A stretch of DNA of 64,000 bases from Octopus sinensis (GCF_006345805.1 NC_043019.1:14941360-15005359), one strand, 5' to 3'; numbered from the stretch's first letter, positions 24,997 through 38,474 are shown. The notes: generated by a model not told the origin, from the letters alone. Numbers and translations are program-made.

Positions 24997-27294
24997 TGAC
25001 GATAATTTCAAATTTCAATTTCGGGGAGGGGATTAGTCAATTTCATTGACCCCAGTGTGCAACTGGTACTTATTTTATTGACCCCCACCGAAAAAAAAAA
25101 AAAAAAAAAAAAAGGAGGAAGAATGGCAAAGGTTGACCTCAGCAGGATTTGAACTCAGAACATAAAGACATATGAAATGCTGCAAAGCATTTTGCCTGAC
25201 ATGGCAACAATTCTGCCAGCTCGTCACAATAATAATGATAATAATAATAATCCTTTCTACTACAGGCACAAGGCCTGAAATTTTAATGGAGTGGAGGTGG
25301 GGGGTGCAGTCGATTAAATCGACTCCAGTATGCAACTGTTACTTAATTTATTGACACCAAAAGAAGGAAAAGTAAAAGCTGACCATAGCAGAATTTGAAC
25401 TCAGAACGTAGTGATGGGCGAAATACCGCTAAGCTTTTCACCTGGCGTGCTAACGATTCTGCCAGCTCGCTGCCTTAAAAATAATAATAATAATCCTTTC
25501 TACTCTAGGCACAAGGCCTGGAATTTGGGGGGAGGGGGTAAGTCGATTAGATCGACCCCAGTACCCAACTGGTACTTAATTTATCGACCCCGAAAGGATG
25601 AAAGGCAAAGTAGACCTCTTGCAGTCTTAATAATAATAACAATAATAATAATAATAATAATGTTTAAATAACAACAACAACAATAATAATAATAATAATG
25701 ATAATAAATAAGAATTTGTGTTAGTGTTTTTATCTCCACCTTCGGGGCCTAAATATTTGTGTTTTTATCAAGTCATTCAACAAGGTCTGCATATGTGAGT
25801 AGATATGAAAGAGAAAAAGCAAAGCTGTCCAGAAAGTTTGTTTGTATTATATCAAAAAATATGGTTTTGTTAGTACAGTTTTATGATTTCCTTTGCCTGA
25901 ATTAATTTACAAGGCTTGGGAGTTTCCACTCTGTCTTTACAATAGTTTCAGATGCTGGAATAAAAAAGCATAACGGAAGATGTTTTAAACAAAATATTTT
26001 CTCCAAAACTAAAATTTCAATCAGTTTGATGTCCTGACTGGTTTTGTCATGGGTGCTTTATTCTTGAATGTATACGGACACTGTTATAATTGGCAAAGTG
26101 GTTGGCAATTGGGAGATGGAGACCGATCAAAAAATAGTGCCGTCGTAAATACAAAAGTTGATAGGAAACATTTAACAGCAAGGATATGTATCAAGGTGAA
26201 GCTGGGGGGGGGGGGGGTAACCAAGGGGAGATAAACTGTTAAAACAACACCAACATCAACAACAATACACCCCCAACTCCCAACAATGTTAGATTTACAT
26301 GTGTGGTGTGTGTATATGTATATATGTACATTTATATATGTGTGTGTATGTATATCTGTGTGTATATGTGTATATGCATCTGTGTGTGTCTGTGTTATTT
26401 AACCAAATATTGTTGTATTATAGGAAAGTAATTTTTTATCGAATGGTTGATCAATTGATTTGAGCACAGCATTTTTCCTACACCTCCGTAGTCTTTTGCC
26501 TTGATGACTTCTCAGATTGTTCATCACTGGAAAGAAGGCTGCAAAGGTGTAGCAAAAATCAAAAACAAAAAAAAAACAGTAAATCCATTAGTAAAGAAGT
26601 AAACTACAACCAGTGCATGTGTTGCTATTAGTAGAACGACCCTCCCAAAATACAGCAACACACAGACATACACACACACACACCCACACCCATTCACACA
26701 TCTATACAGGTAATAACAAGGTTAGCCAGAAGAAATGTAAGGAATTGTTCCTTTGTTTATTTATATACAGGTACATAGCAAAATCTTTAAATTTTTTAAG
26801 GAATGAAATAAAATATAATAATAAAGTAATTAAAAAAAAAAAACATATTTTCATTTCTTAAATGAAATATCATAAATATTCTACTTTATTTTCATTTCAT
26901 TGGAAAATTTGAAGATTTTTATGTACTTACAGGTACACAACTAGTCTTAAATTCTAAATAAACCAATAGACAATTTCTTTTATTTCTCCTGACTAAAACA
27001 TACATTATCATATATATCAGAGAATATGGGTATTCTACATTGACTCACACATACGCAACACATGGAACTACAGTTCACTGATGCACTGTGTCACTATAGA
27101 CTCTTTCTACTTTTCTTCAAGTTTTTTATGTAGAATTGACTGACTTGAGGTCATGCTGAATAAAAGAAAAACAAAACAGCCATAGAGATCCTAGCTAGAT
27201 TAACTTTGGTTTTATATCTATTTAATGCTTATCAACTGAAAGCTATGATGTTGTGGCAATCATGCTTTTCTTAAGAGAAGAAAGCAATGCATAC

Positions 27295-27925
27295 AGAATT
27301 GGCTTCGACAAAGGTACCCTAAGCAATACTCTAAGCAAATATGTCGCAGACCCAGTTTATTGTGAAGAGACCACAAATCTACAGGGCTTATAGCAATATG
27401 TATGTATGTAGATATGTAGCAGGTGGAGAAGGATTGTGCACCAGGGGACATCTACTTTTGAGAAATCTTGAGTTGCACATGAGAAAGTAAAGACGGATGT
27501 CAGGAAGGGCATCGCTGTTACACTTCCAGATGGGAAGGGTCTCCCTATGATGCTGACATGCAGTGTCTGTGCAAGAGACCCTGCCTCAGCAAAGCTGGAC
27601 TCAAGAGTCATCTTCGTAGTCATAAAGCGAGAGAGATGAGTGACAACCTGGCCACTGGTGGTGGTGTAACACACCATACTAATCATATCTATCAGGCATG
27701 TGGAAGAGAGTGTAATTCGGCAGTAGGACTTAAACGACCTGCAAAGGTACATGAAGCCCAATTACAACTACAGCCGGCTATTACCAGTAAAGGTTTTAGC
27801 TGCCAATCCTGTACAAGACATTGTAGATCTTTAACAGGGCTAAAAAGTCACATTCGATCACAGCACCAGTAACAGTTAGGCTTCGTACAATGGCCATACT
27901 CGATAATGAGGGGGCAGCCATCATG
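27295..27925 (+). mobile_element. RTE-clade LINE 3' end with three C2H2-like zinc fingers (degenerate)
   Basis: WRRIVHQGTSTFEKS*VAHEKVK...CSVCAR/CLSKAGLKSHLRSH...QACGRECNSAVGLKRPAKVH...CQSCTRHCRSLTGLKSHIRSQH*; contains a stop and a frameshift. Confidence 0.78.
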
Positions 27926-28550
27926 CATGTAGATATGTATGTATCTGTCACATGGTGAGCTATCAGCAACTAAACTGGTAACCCCTACCAAGCATGCTTG
28001 GCAAGAGAGGGGGAGTTATGTTGGACACCCTTCAGGATGAAAAACAATGACCAGGGTTCCAGCTCATCCAGTCAAACGGAATAGCCCACTTGGGAAATTA
28101 ACAAGCAGGTGGCTGAATACTCCACAGTCAAGTATACCCTTAATGTAATTCTCATGGGGAAGCCAGTGTGACACAGAATGTGACAAGGCCGGCCCCTTTG
28201 TAATTACAGGTACAACTCATTTTTGCCAGCTGAGTGGACTGGAGCAACATGAAATAAAGTGTCTTGCTCAAGGACAGAATGCGTCATCGGGAATTGAACT
28301 CATGACCTTACGATTGTGAGTAAAACACTCCAACCACGGAGCCATGCGTCTTAATTTCCTCAAATATATAACTACATCGTGTATTGAGTACTTTTTCCTT
28401 CACTTGTAAACAGATTCATATTTACGAACACACATATATATACATATACACACTGACACTAGGAGGTGTACCTTCACACACACACACACTCTTGCACTGA
28501 TTGTTCTCTTCCCTTCATATTTAAAACAAAAATCATCAACAAAAAAAAAA

Positions 28551-28594
<44 letters not shown>

Positions 28595-29160
28595 TACCTA
28601 TATATATATATATATATATATATAACAATATAAAATATAGATTGGAACAGGTTATTTTGTTGTTGCTGTTGTTCTTAGAGGGTAAAGTGGATGATGGGAG
28701 AAACTGGTAGTTTAGGTTCCCTAGGATTAGGAGAGAGTTTTAGGGTAGCATCAGGCATTTGGGAGCTGCATCAGGAGTATACAAAATATAAGAATGGTTT
28801 GCAGAAGAAAAAATATCTTTGGCAAGAAAATAGAATTTAGTTGACAGTGCGGAGAAAGAAATTTAGTTATAAGAGAGCAGCAAATGATCAAAGTAGTGGA
28901 GAATACTCTTCAGTATGTGGTGGAGGAGTTTGTTTTGTTGTCGGCAGAGAGAGGCAACCTCTGTCTTTCTTTTTTTTTTTTTTTTGACTTAGGATTTATT
29001 ATAAACCTGCTGCCTTGGCCAGTGAGTTTCTTTTTTTAAAGCTGTCTACCGATGATGATGACATGGTTGATGGTGATGATGATGCTGCTTCTGAAATGAT
29101 AAAATAGAAAGGGTTTTTATACATACATGTATATATATTATATCACATATATATATACAT

Positions 29161-29340
29161 ATACGAGATGGTAACAAACAGTTCCAGGACTAGTTCTGTA
29201 GTGTAGCAACAGATGGCAGTACATGGTCGCGTGTGCAGTGAAAGCTAGCAGTGACCTTCCTGAGGCAGTGTACCGAGTGACATCGCTGTGTTTACTTCAG
29301 ATGATGTGAAATTTGTGTTGTTTGTTATCACATGTACTTT
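29161..29340 (+). mobile_element. Isolated 5' end of the same mariner family
   Basis: tacgagatggtaacaaacagttccaggactagttctgtag... is similar to the 29630 element start. Confidence 0.65.
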
Positions 29341-29380
29341 TTCATACCACCTCATATATATATATGTGTATATATATATA

Positions 29381-29432
<52 letters not shown>

Positions 29433-29629
29433 TATATACACACACAAATATATCTGCATACACACATGCAAATATGTATATATATAGTATATCTATATAT
29501 GCATATATGTACATATACAAATATACAAATATACACACACGAGCAAAACACTACATTTCATGTTGCTCCAGTCCTCATAACTGGCAAAAATTCTTGTGAC
29601 AGACCAACATCCCATCCACTGGGGAGTGG

Positions 29630-30390
29630 GGGGGGGTATCAAAAATTCCTAGACTAGTTCTGTAGCATGCCAACAGGTGGCAGCATACGGTTGCAGGTGC
29701 AGTGAGAGCTAGCAGTAACCATGAGGCAATGTTTACTTCACAAGTTGTGAAAATTGTGTCTTTGTGATCATGTGTATGCTGTAGTCTGCGATTTTTGTCA
29801 TGGACAGGAAGAGAGAGCCAAAGTGAAATTTTGCGTTAAACTTGGGAAGTCTGCTGCAGAGGCACTGAGCATGCTTCAGCAAGCTTACAGCAAAGAGTCG
29901 TATGCAGTGTGTTGAGTGGCATGGGTGCTTCAAAAGTAGAAGAACGCCCCTGGAAGACCTGCTATGAGTGTTACCACCAGAAGTGTGGCATTGTGGATGA
30001 AGACTTTGTCCCCCAGGGCCAGAGTGTCAATTTAGAGTTCTACTGTTTTGAAGCGTTTGAGGGAGGACATATGGCAAAAGCGAATGGATCTGTTGAGTGC
30101 GAAGAATTAGGTTCTTCATGATGACAATGCATCTTGCCACTGAGCTATCCTCACTCGTGAGTTTCTCACCAAAATCAACATGGTGTCAGGTCCACACCTG
30201 CCCTATTCACCAGACTTAGCACCTGTGGACTTTCCATCTCTCCCTCAAGATGAAAATGCAGCTCAAAGGTCACCGTCTTACCGCTGTTGTCAAGATACAG
30301 AGTGAAGTGCAGAAGATCCTTGACTCACTTACGGAAAATGAATTCCAGGTCAGATTCCAAAATTGGCAGGAATGCTGGGACCGGTGCATA
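29630..30390 (+). mobile_element. Internally deleted mariner transposon pseudogene
   Basis: A 5' TIR-like start, then VKFCVKLGKSAAEALSMLQQAY (HTH), GIV.E.FVPQGQSVN..FY, LHDDNASCH, PYSPDLAP.DF, KMKMQLKG.R; frameshifts and stops; the 3' end is lost in a microsatellite. Confidence 0.9.
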
Positions 30391-30399
30391 TATACACAC

Positions 30400-30440
<41 letters not shown>

Positions 30441-30529
30441 GAGGAGTGGTGGCGAGTGACAATTCTGTAAATGATAATAATAATTATAAGCTTAAGGTGA
30501 TCCCTGTGTACTGGCTACAGAAAATGGCC

Positions 30530-30806
30530 TAATATTGGGGCGTATAAATCCACGATGGAAAAAAGTGGGTGCTAGAACACACAAGAATCCTCAACACTTC
30601 TCCATTTAACACAGAAAATGGACTTGTTTGTTGGTTTAAAAACAATACCATGAAATTATAGCTCTTAAATCTAATGGGAAGGAGTGAGTGGGGAGGTTGG
30701 TGTATTCGGTTAGCACACTTTTCACGTAAATAAGAGATGTGGGTTCGATTCCCATGCGTACTAACACCCACTTTTTTCTGTCAAGGGCTTTTATGCCCCA
30801 ATATTA
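30530..30806. mobile_element. Tc1/mariner-type MITE with an internal tRNA-like (A box/B box) segment
   Basis: TIRs taatattggggcgtataaatcc / gggcttttatgccccaatatta; subterminal IRs aaaaaagtgggtg / cacccacttttt; internal ggtgtattcggttagcac...gtgggttcgattcccat. Confidence 0.7.
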
Positions 30807-30859
30807 GACTACTTTCTTTAGCTAATACATGGTCATTGTTTTAAGCTTATAATCATTAA

Positions 30860-30891
<32 letters not shown>

Positions 30892-31322
30892 GTTTTTTAT
30901 TGTTTTAATTTTCTTGGTCAGGTGACTGCCCATGCTGGGGCACTGTCAAGAGTCTCCTCTCTGTGTATAAATCTTTATACATTCTTATATATATATATAT
31001 ATATGGCGGTGCCCCAGCATGGCCACAGCTCATGAGCTGAAACTGGAAAAATCAAAATCAAAATCAAATCATATATTTTATATATATATATATATATATA
31101 TGCATACACACAAACACATGTATAGAATTATAAACAGAAGTTAATCTGACTTAATGGTGGTGTGTTTTCTTTATGTATTTAGAGCTGCATGGCTAAGAAA
31201 CCTGCTTCCCAACCATGTGGCCTTGGGTTCAGTTCCATTGCATAAAAAGCTTGTCTTCTACTACAGCCCTGGGCATCAAATCTTGTAAGTGGACTTGGCA
31301 GATGGAAACTGAAAGAAGCTTA

Positions 31323-31545
31323 TACAAGCAGGTGATGAAAAGTTCCTGGCTTTGGGTAAAAGAAAATAGAGGAAGATCAGTTAATTATGATTTTATTTAA
31401 CATATTCCCCTCTTGGATTCACATACTTATCACAGTGGTTGTTCAGTTTTTCTAAGCCCTGTAAAAGAACTTGGAAGGTTGGCCTTCCAGCCACGCCTTT
31501 CGCAATAACCTTTAAACCAGGGACTTTTCAGCAAGCCCCCATGTA
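31323..31545. mobile_element. Mariner-derived MITE (copy 1)
   Basis: Imperfect TIRs tacaagcaggtgatgaaaagttcctgg / ccagggacttttcagcaagcccccatgta with TA ends. Confidence 0.75.
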
Positions 31546-31568
31546 TATCTATATACATGCACAGATGG

Positions 31569-31601
<33 letters not shown>

Positions 31602-31677
31602 AGTGAGAGAGAGAGAAATAGATAGATAGAAAGGCAGATAGATAGATAGATAGAAAGGCAGATAGATAGATAGAAAG

Positions 31678-31708
<31 letters not shown>

Positions 31709-31710
<2 letters not shown>

Positions 31711-31932
31711 TGAGTGGGTGCTGAAAAGTTCCTAGTTTTGAGTAAAAGAAAATACAGGAGGATCATTTTAGTTATGATTTTATTCAATGTATTCTCCCCA
31801 CTCAGGTTCACACACTTATTGCAACGGCCCTTCAGTTTTTCTAAGCCCTGTAAAAGTACTTGGAAGGTTAAGCCGCCAACCTGGCCTTTTGTGTTACCCT
31901 TAAAACTAGGAACATTTCAGTGCCCCTTCATA
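31709..31932. mobile_element. Mariner-derived MITE (copy 2)
   Basis: Same internal sequence and TIRs as 31323-31545. Confidence 0.75.
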
Positions 31933-32423
31933 TGTGTGTGTGTGTGCATGTGTTTGTACTTTTGTCTTGATATTACGTAACACTTATTAACAAGGGTCAC
32001 AATCACACAAACTGCCTTGTTGATGTTCAGTCTTCCATGAGAAACATGTCTGGTCACTTGGAGAGAAGTGAAGGTTGGTGACAGGAGGTGCATCCAGCCA
32101 TGGAAATTCAGCCCCACGAAAAACCCCTCTTGACCAATGCAAGGATGGAAAAGTGGACAATAAAAACGATGATCTATTTTACACAAGAACAGGATAGAAA
32201 ATTTTAGCAATATTCCACCTCATTCTTTAAGAAAATTCAAAACTATTTTATATCTCTATACATAGTGGTGCAAGCATGGTTGTGTGGTAAGACGCTTGCT
32301 TCCCAGCCGCATGGTTCTGGGTTCAGTCCCACTGTGTGGCAGCTTTGGGCAAGCATCTTCTATAGCTTCGGGCTGACCTGGATTCGGTAGATGGAGACTG
32401 AAAGAATGAAAGATACCCATTGA

Positions 32424-32461
<38 letters not shown>

Positions 32462-33493
32462 ACTAATTTATAATTATATAAATAATTATATTAAAGGGTT
32501 CGAACTGACCACACCAACATGCTAGAAATAGATGCCAAATGGCTGGCCACTTCATAAAATCATTTCTATATAAAGAAAATGTGTGTGTGTGTGTGTGTAT
32601 GTGTGTGTGTATGTGTGTGTGTGTATGCTGGCAATGAGCTAGATGGTTCAACCGGAGCTGGCAAGCTAGAAGGCTGCACCAGACTCCAGTCTGCCTTGAC
32701 AGCCTACTTTCTAGGGTTGGATGCCCTTCCTGACGCCAACCACTCCGAGAGTGTAAACAGGTGCTTTTACGTGCCACCAGCACGGCAAAATTAAAATATA
32801 AGAGAAAGCAGAAGAAGAAAATAGAATTCACGAGATTCTTTATTAATTATTACAATCAGTTCAACCCATTGTGCATCATGCATCAGTGGCTTGCAGGTGA
32901 GACGCTGCACAAACAGTTGTGGTGCATCACTGGTGCAGGTGAGTCTTGTCAGGTGACTTTGCTTTTTAATCTCTGTTTCGCTTATTTCAACTAGAGCTTA
33001 CTTTGGTTGTTGTCGGTAGCCACTTGTGTGCATGACAAACTTGAGTTAAAAGGAAGGAAGAACACTTCTCGTATAAGTAACAAACTGACTTACAAAGAAT
33101 CAAAAAATAATTCAAGCATCAAAATGAATCGGTGAATCAAAGAATATGCCCAACACTGATGACGAAATGTAATAGAATAGAATCATGAAACAAGAAAAAT
33201 CGCCAAAGATAGAACAAAATACAAAACACAATTCGACATTCAAACTGCCTCGAGGTACCTCTTACTACAAGGTGTATTCTTTTGCTCTCTTGCTCTTTTA
33301 CTTGTTTCAGTCATTTGACTGTGGCCATGCTGGAGCACCGCCTTTAGTCGAGCAAACCGACCCCAGGACTTATTCTTTGCAAGCCTGGTACTTATTCTAT
33401 GAGTCTCTTTTGCCGAACTGCTAAGTTACGGGGACGTAAACACACCAGCATCGGTTGTCAAGCGATGTTGGGGGGACAGACACAGACACACAA

Positions 33494-33525
<32 letters not shown>

Positions 33526-34324
33526 GACGGGCTTCTTTCAGTTTCCATCTACCAAATCCACTCACAAGGCTTTGGTCGGCCCGAGGCTATAGTAGAAGCT
33601 ACTTGCCCAAGGTGCCATGCAGTGGACTGAACCTGGAACCGTGTGGTTCGTAAGCAAGCTATTTACCACACAGCCACTCCTATACACAAGTTCAAAATTA
33701 TTCTGTGAGTGTGTGTGTGCGTTTGTCCCTCGCCCACTGTGTTGGTGTGTTTATGAGTTCAAATTCCGCCGAGGTCGACTTTGCCTTTCATCCTTTTGGG
33801 GTCAATTAAATAAGTACCAGTTACGCACTGGGGTTGATATAATCGACTTAATTCGTTTGTCTGTCCCTTCTGTGTTTAGCCCCTGTGGGTAGTAAAGAAA
33901 TAGGTATTTCGTCTGTCGCTACGTTATAAGTTCAAATTCCGCCGAGGTCGACTTTGCCTTTCATCCTTTTGGGGTCAATTAAATAAGTACCAGTTGCATA
34001 CTGGGGTCGATATAATCGACTTAATCCGTTTGTCTGTCCTTGTGGGCAATAAAGAAACATATGTTCCTGTAACTTAGAGGCTCAGCAAAACTAACTGATG
34101 GAATAAGTACCAGGTTTTAAAAAAATAAGTCCTAGGGGTTGATTCGTTCGACTAACAATTCTTTGAGGTGATGCCCCAGTATGGCCACAGTGAAATAACT
34201 GAAACAAGCAAAAGATAAAAAAAAAGAGCCCGTTCCACCCGTTGTGATAACTGAGCCACACACTCAGGAGCCGTTCGATATTAAGCACCAAAGTAGATTT
34301 CTAGAAACAATTAATGGCGTCATC

Positions 34325-34560
34325 ATCATCATCACCATCATCGTTTAACGTCTGCTTTCCATGCTAGCATGGGTTGGACGATTTTGACTGAGGGCTGGCG
34401 AACCAGACGGCCGCACCAGGCTCCAATCTTGATCTGACAGAGTTTCTACAGCTGGATGCCCTTCCTAACGCCAACCACTCTGAGAGTGTAGTGGGTGTTT
34501 TTTACGTGCAACCGGCACAGGGCCAGTCAGGCAGTACTGGCAATGACCTTGCTCGAATCT
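34325..34560 (-). mobile_element. SINE with an RTE-like (gat)n tail (copies at 36420-36790, 38950-39140, 40700-40970, 41200-41520, 44460-44900, 56225-56490)
   Basis: Shared gctggatgcccttcctaacgccaaccactc core ending in a (cat)n microsatellite. Confidence 0.82.
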
Positions 34561-35469
34561 TTTTACACTTGACCTAATACTGTCTTCAATTGTCACATTC
34601 TGTTCCCACTGTGGGGTGTTGCAAGCTTGAATATCTGCATACAATATCTACATATACATGATAAATGATATCATAGGCATATCCCTGCATACAAACAACA
34701 CACATACAGTAAGCCATATCAAAGGTGTTATATCAAAGCATACAACAGATCATCATCATCATCGTCATCATCATCAAGCGTCTCGTTTTTTTTGCCATGT
34801 TGGCATGGTTTCAGTGGCTGAAGCATAGTCAGGAAACAAGAGGACTGAGCCAAGCCCCAATGCCTGCATCAGCATGAGTCCTATGGCTGGATGCCCTTCC
34901 TAATGCCAACCACTCTCCAGAGTGTACCAGGGGCTTACCATGTGGAACTGGCACTAGTGGATTTCACCGGCACATGTAACTTGCAAGACAAGACCCACTC
35001 CCAGGGTTGGGACACAGAGTATCGAAGGGAGTGGCTTTATGCCAGGCTGTATGAGGCTAAACTATGAGAGGGACAGGAACAGGGGTCTCCCTGTGGAGGC
35101 AGGTGGTCAAGGTGTGTCATAGGAAGTACCCACAAATAAATACAAAGGAAGTGCCACAGAGGATAGGATAGGAGGGGTACGTAGGTATGTAAGCTTGCAA
35201 GAGGGTAAAAGGTGGAAACCAAGGGACTGAGGTGAATACAGTAAATGGTGGGCACAGGATTTTGTCTTGGAAGGTACTTGGTGACTCTGCCTGTGATGGT
35301 GCCAAGTAAAAAGCACCCAATACACTCTGTAAAGGGGTCGGTGCTGGAAGAGCACCCAGCCGTAGAAACCATCTTAAAAGAGACAAAAGGGTCCGGTGTG
35401 GCTCCCACCCTGATCAGCTTCTGTCAAACCATATGCCTCATGCCAGCATAGGAAAAAGACATCAATGGA

Positions 35470-35680
35470 AGGAAGAGGAGGAGGAGAAGAAAAAGAAGAA
35501 GAAAAGAAGAAGGAGGAGAAGAGGATAAGAAGAAAAGAAGGAGGAGGAGGAGAAGAAGGAAAAGAAAAATAGATGAAGAAGAAGAAGAAGAGGAAGAAGA
35601 AAAAGAAGAAGAAAGAAGAAAAGAAGGGGGAAGAAAAAGAAGGAGAAGAAGGAGGAGGAGGAAAAGAAGAAGAAGAAGAG
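35470..35680. repeat. (GAA/GGA)n purine microsatellite
   Basis: Visible directly, immediately after ACP6 exon 10. Confidence 0.95.
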
Positions 35681-35691
35681 GTATAACTTAC

Positions 35692-35827
35692 GTGAGAATT
35701 TCCGACATATTTCAGAAGAGTTACACAGTTTGTCATGTGTCTCTTTGTCAGTTGCCATGCAGGACAATCCCTTAACAAACTTGTCATAAGGGGTATAGAT
35801 TTCATCACAGCCACGGGATATTACATC
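35692..35827 (-). CDS. ACP6: ACP6 coding exon 10 ([45 protein letters not shown])
   Basis: Acceptor ctatttcag; the GC....P...F...L C-terminal pattern of acid phosphatases; probable donor C|gtaagt at 35691. Confidence 0.88.
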
Positions 35828-38443
35828 CTGAAATAGTTTAGAAAAAAAGGAGAAAAAGGTGGGGTCTGTAGTGGTGTTTAGAGTAATCGTATATTATCTT
35901 GTCAATGTGTGTGTTACTCTGTGTATGTGTGTGCATTTCTGTATATAGATGTAGGCATAGCTGTGGTAAGAAGCTTGCTTCCCAACCATATGGTTATGGG
36001 TTCAGTCCCACTGCATGGCACCTTGGCCAAGTGTCTTCTACTATAACTTCAGGCCGACCGAGACTTTGTGAGTGGATTTGGTAAACGGAAACTGAAAGAA
36101 GTCTATCACATATATGTGTGCATGTGTGTGTGTGTGTGTGTGTAGACATTTATGTGTGTGTGTTTGTCACCCACCACTGCTTGACAACCGGTGTTGGAGT
36201 GCTTACATACTCATAACTTAGCAGTTTGGCAAAAGAGACTGATAGAATGGATACCAGGCTTAAAAAAATAAAGATTCTCCTGTTGATTTGTTTGAGTGAA
36301 ATCCTTCTAGGAAAACGAAACGCAGGAGGGGAGTGTGTGGTGTTGTGACTGGCATCCATTGCTAGTAGAGCGCTAAGAGTACCATACGAGTGAGATCGTT
36401 GCCAGAGCAACAAGCTGGCCTTCGTGCCGATGGCACGTTAAACACACCATTCAAGCGTGATCGTTACTGCATCGCCTACTAGCACTTGTGTTGGTGGTAC
36501 GTGAAAAAACATTCGAGCGAGATTGTTACCAGTGCTGCTGGACTGGCTCCTGTGCAGGTGACACGTAAAAAGCACCATTTGGGCGTGGCCGTTGCCAGTA
36601 CCACCAAACTGGCCCTCATGCCAGTGGCACGTAAAAGCACCCACTACACTCTTGGAGTGGTTGGCGTTAGGAAGGGCATCCAGCTGTAGAAACTCTACCA
36701 GATTAGATTAGAGTCTGGTTTGCCAGACCTCAGTCAAATCGTCCAACCCATGCTAGCATGGAAAGCGGACGTTAAATGATGTTAAATGATGATGTATCTG
36801 ACTCATACACTGTTCCCTTTCCAGACATTTGTACATTACTGCATATGCTTTATACGCACTTTTGACAAATTGTGGTGCACCTGAGCATTGTATACAATAA
36901 TTTCATTATTATTATTATTATTATTTTATTATCAATATGGCTGAGAGAGATACAATACCTTATTGAGGTAGGAGACCTTCACAAATTTGTGCGACTTCTT
37001 GTCTTCGTACAGTTCTATCCTCAAGTCAGCAGCGAAGGGGGGCCACTTGTAGTCAAATATGTCAAAGGCACCGAGTATTGCACAGAGTGAGGAGTCGTGA
37101 CAGGAGTATAAATACAGCTTGTAGCTAGAAAGGCAGGAAAATACAAAAGACATCTTATGACTTGGTATACATTAAGTACATAGATAGACAGCTTGTAGGT
37201 GGATATATAAAGTATAAATACAGACTGGTTGTACATAGATATAAAAATAGTATTTAATTATAAAAACATAATAGGATTTTTTTATGCTTTCATTACCGTA
37301 TTTATTTTGAGAAGCTCTGTCAGGTTTCTTTCAATTACTTGAAGTATAACAAAGAATTTCTGCGATGGACTGGCGTCCTGTCCAGCTGGGGAACACATAT
37401 ACCATAGAAACCGGACCCATGAGCCTGGCTAGGCTTTAAAAAAGGGCGCATATAACAAAGAATTTAGTAAAATAACTTGGTTATCATTCAGCTGGTGTTA
37501 GGAACGTAAATTGCGACTAAGTTTTGGTGGAAGATTTTTATTCAAAACTTACGAAGGCAAGACATTTGTATTCAGAGCCAGAGCTGATTTCAGCCGGGTT
37601 GGTAATGAAAGGGTTAAGCATTGAATGTTTGTGAGGATTTAGTTAAGGAAAATAGGATTCGAAGGGGTCCGGTCCATAGGCAAAATACAGTTGAGGGCCA
37701 CTGACTTAGCAGATAGTAAAAGAATCAATTCATTGACAAGTATCTCTATATTCCAATGTTGACTTTTCCAATGATATTTCACTGATACAACATAAGTCAA
37801 GCCAAGTTACCTTCATGAATTGTTCTGACTGACAAGGACCTGTTTCCTGGTTTCCATAACATGTATATTCCCCATTTTGATGGGATGCTGGTCAGTCCAT
37901 CACAGAATTGCTCCTTTTTGCCAGGTGAGTGGACTGAAGCAACATGAAATGAAGTGTTTTGCTCAAGAACAGAATGCACCACCCGGTCCAAGAATCGAAA
38001 CCACAACCTTACGATCATGAGTCCAGCACCCTAACCACTAAGCCACATAGCTCCACCCTTATAAGTAGTAAATCCTGGGTTCTGAGTTTGCTTTCTTGGA
38101 TACACTTTAAGGACAACCTAACACCTGAATCTTCGGTTCGTTCCACCCACCGGAATGGGGAAAACCTTGACTAAAACTGCTTAGGAATGTCTACCTTGGA
38201 TGAACACATATACCTTCTGAACTAACTAAATACACATCAAAGGGCATTAGAACGTTTATCTAGCAGAAACGTGTGTCGGATTGGAATTTAATGAAAATAA
38301 TACTGTAATAAACACATTTCAAAGATGTAAAACCCTCTATTCTTCTGCTGTCATGGTTATAGATATATATTAATATATATTTTCCATGCAAGAATTATTT
38401 CCCTTGGACACCATTGTGACTCCCAAATAGTGTTAGAAGATAC

Positions 38444-38474
<31 letters not shown>

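Noticed and set aside
26025-26070. PAP2-phosphatase-like motif DVLTGFVMGAL
   Set aside because: The preceding SR...H.H catalytic residues are absent; probably a chance resemblance.
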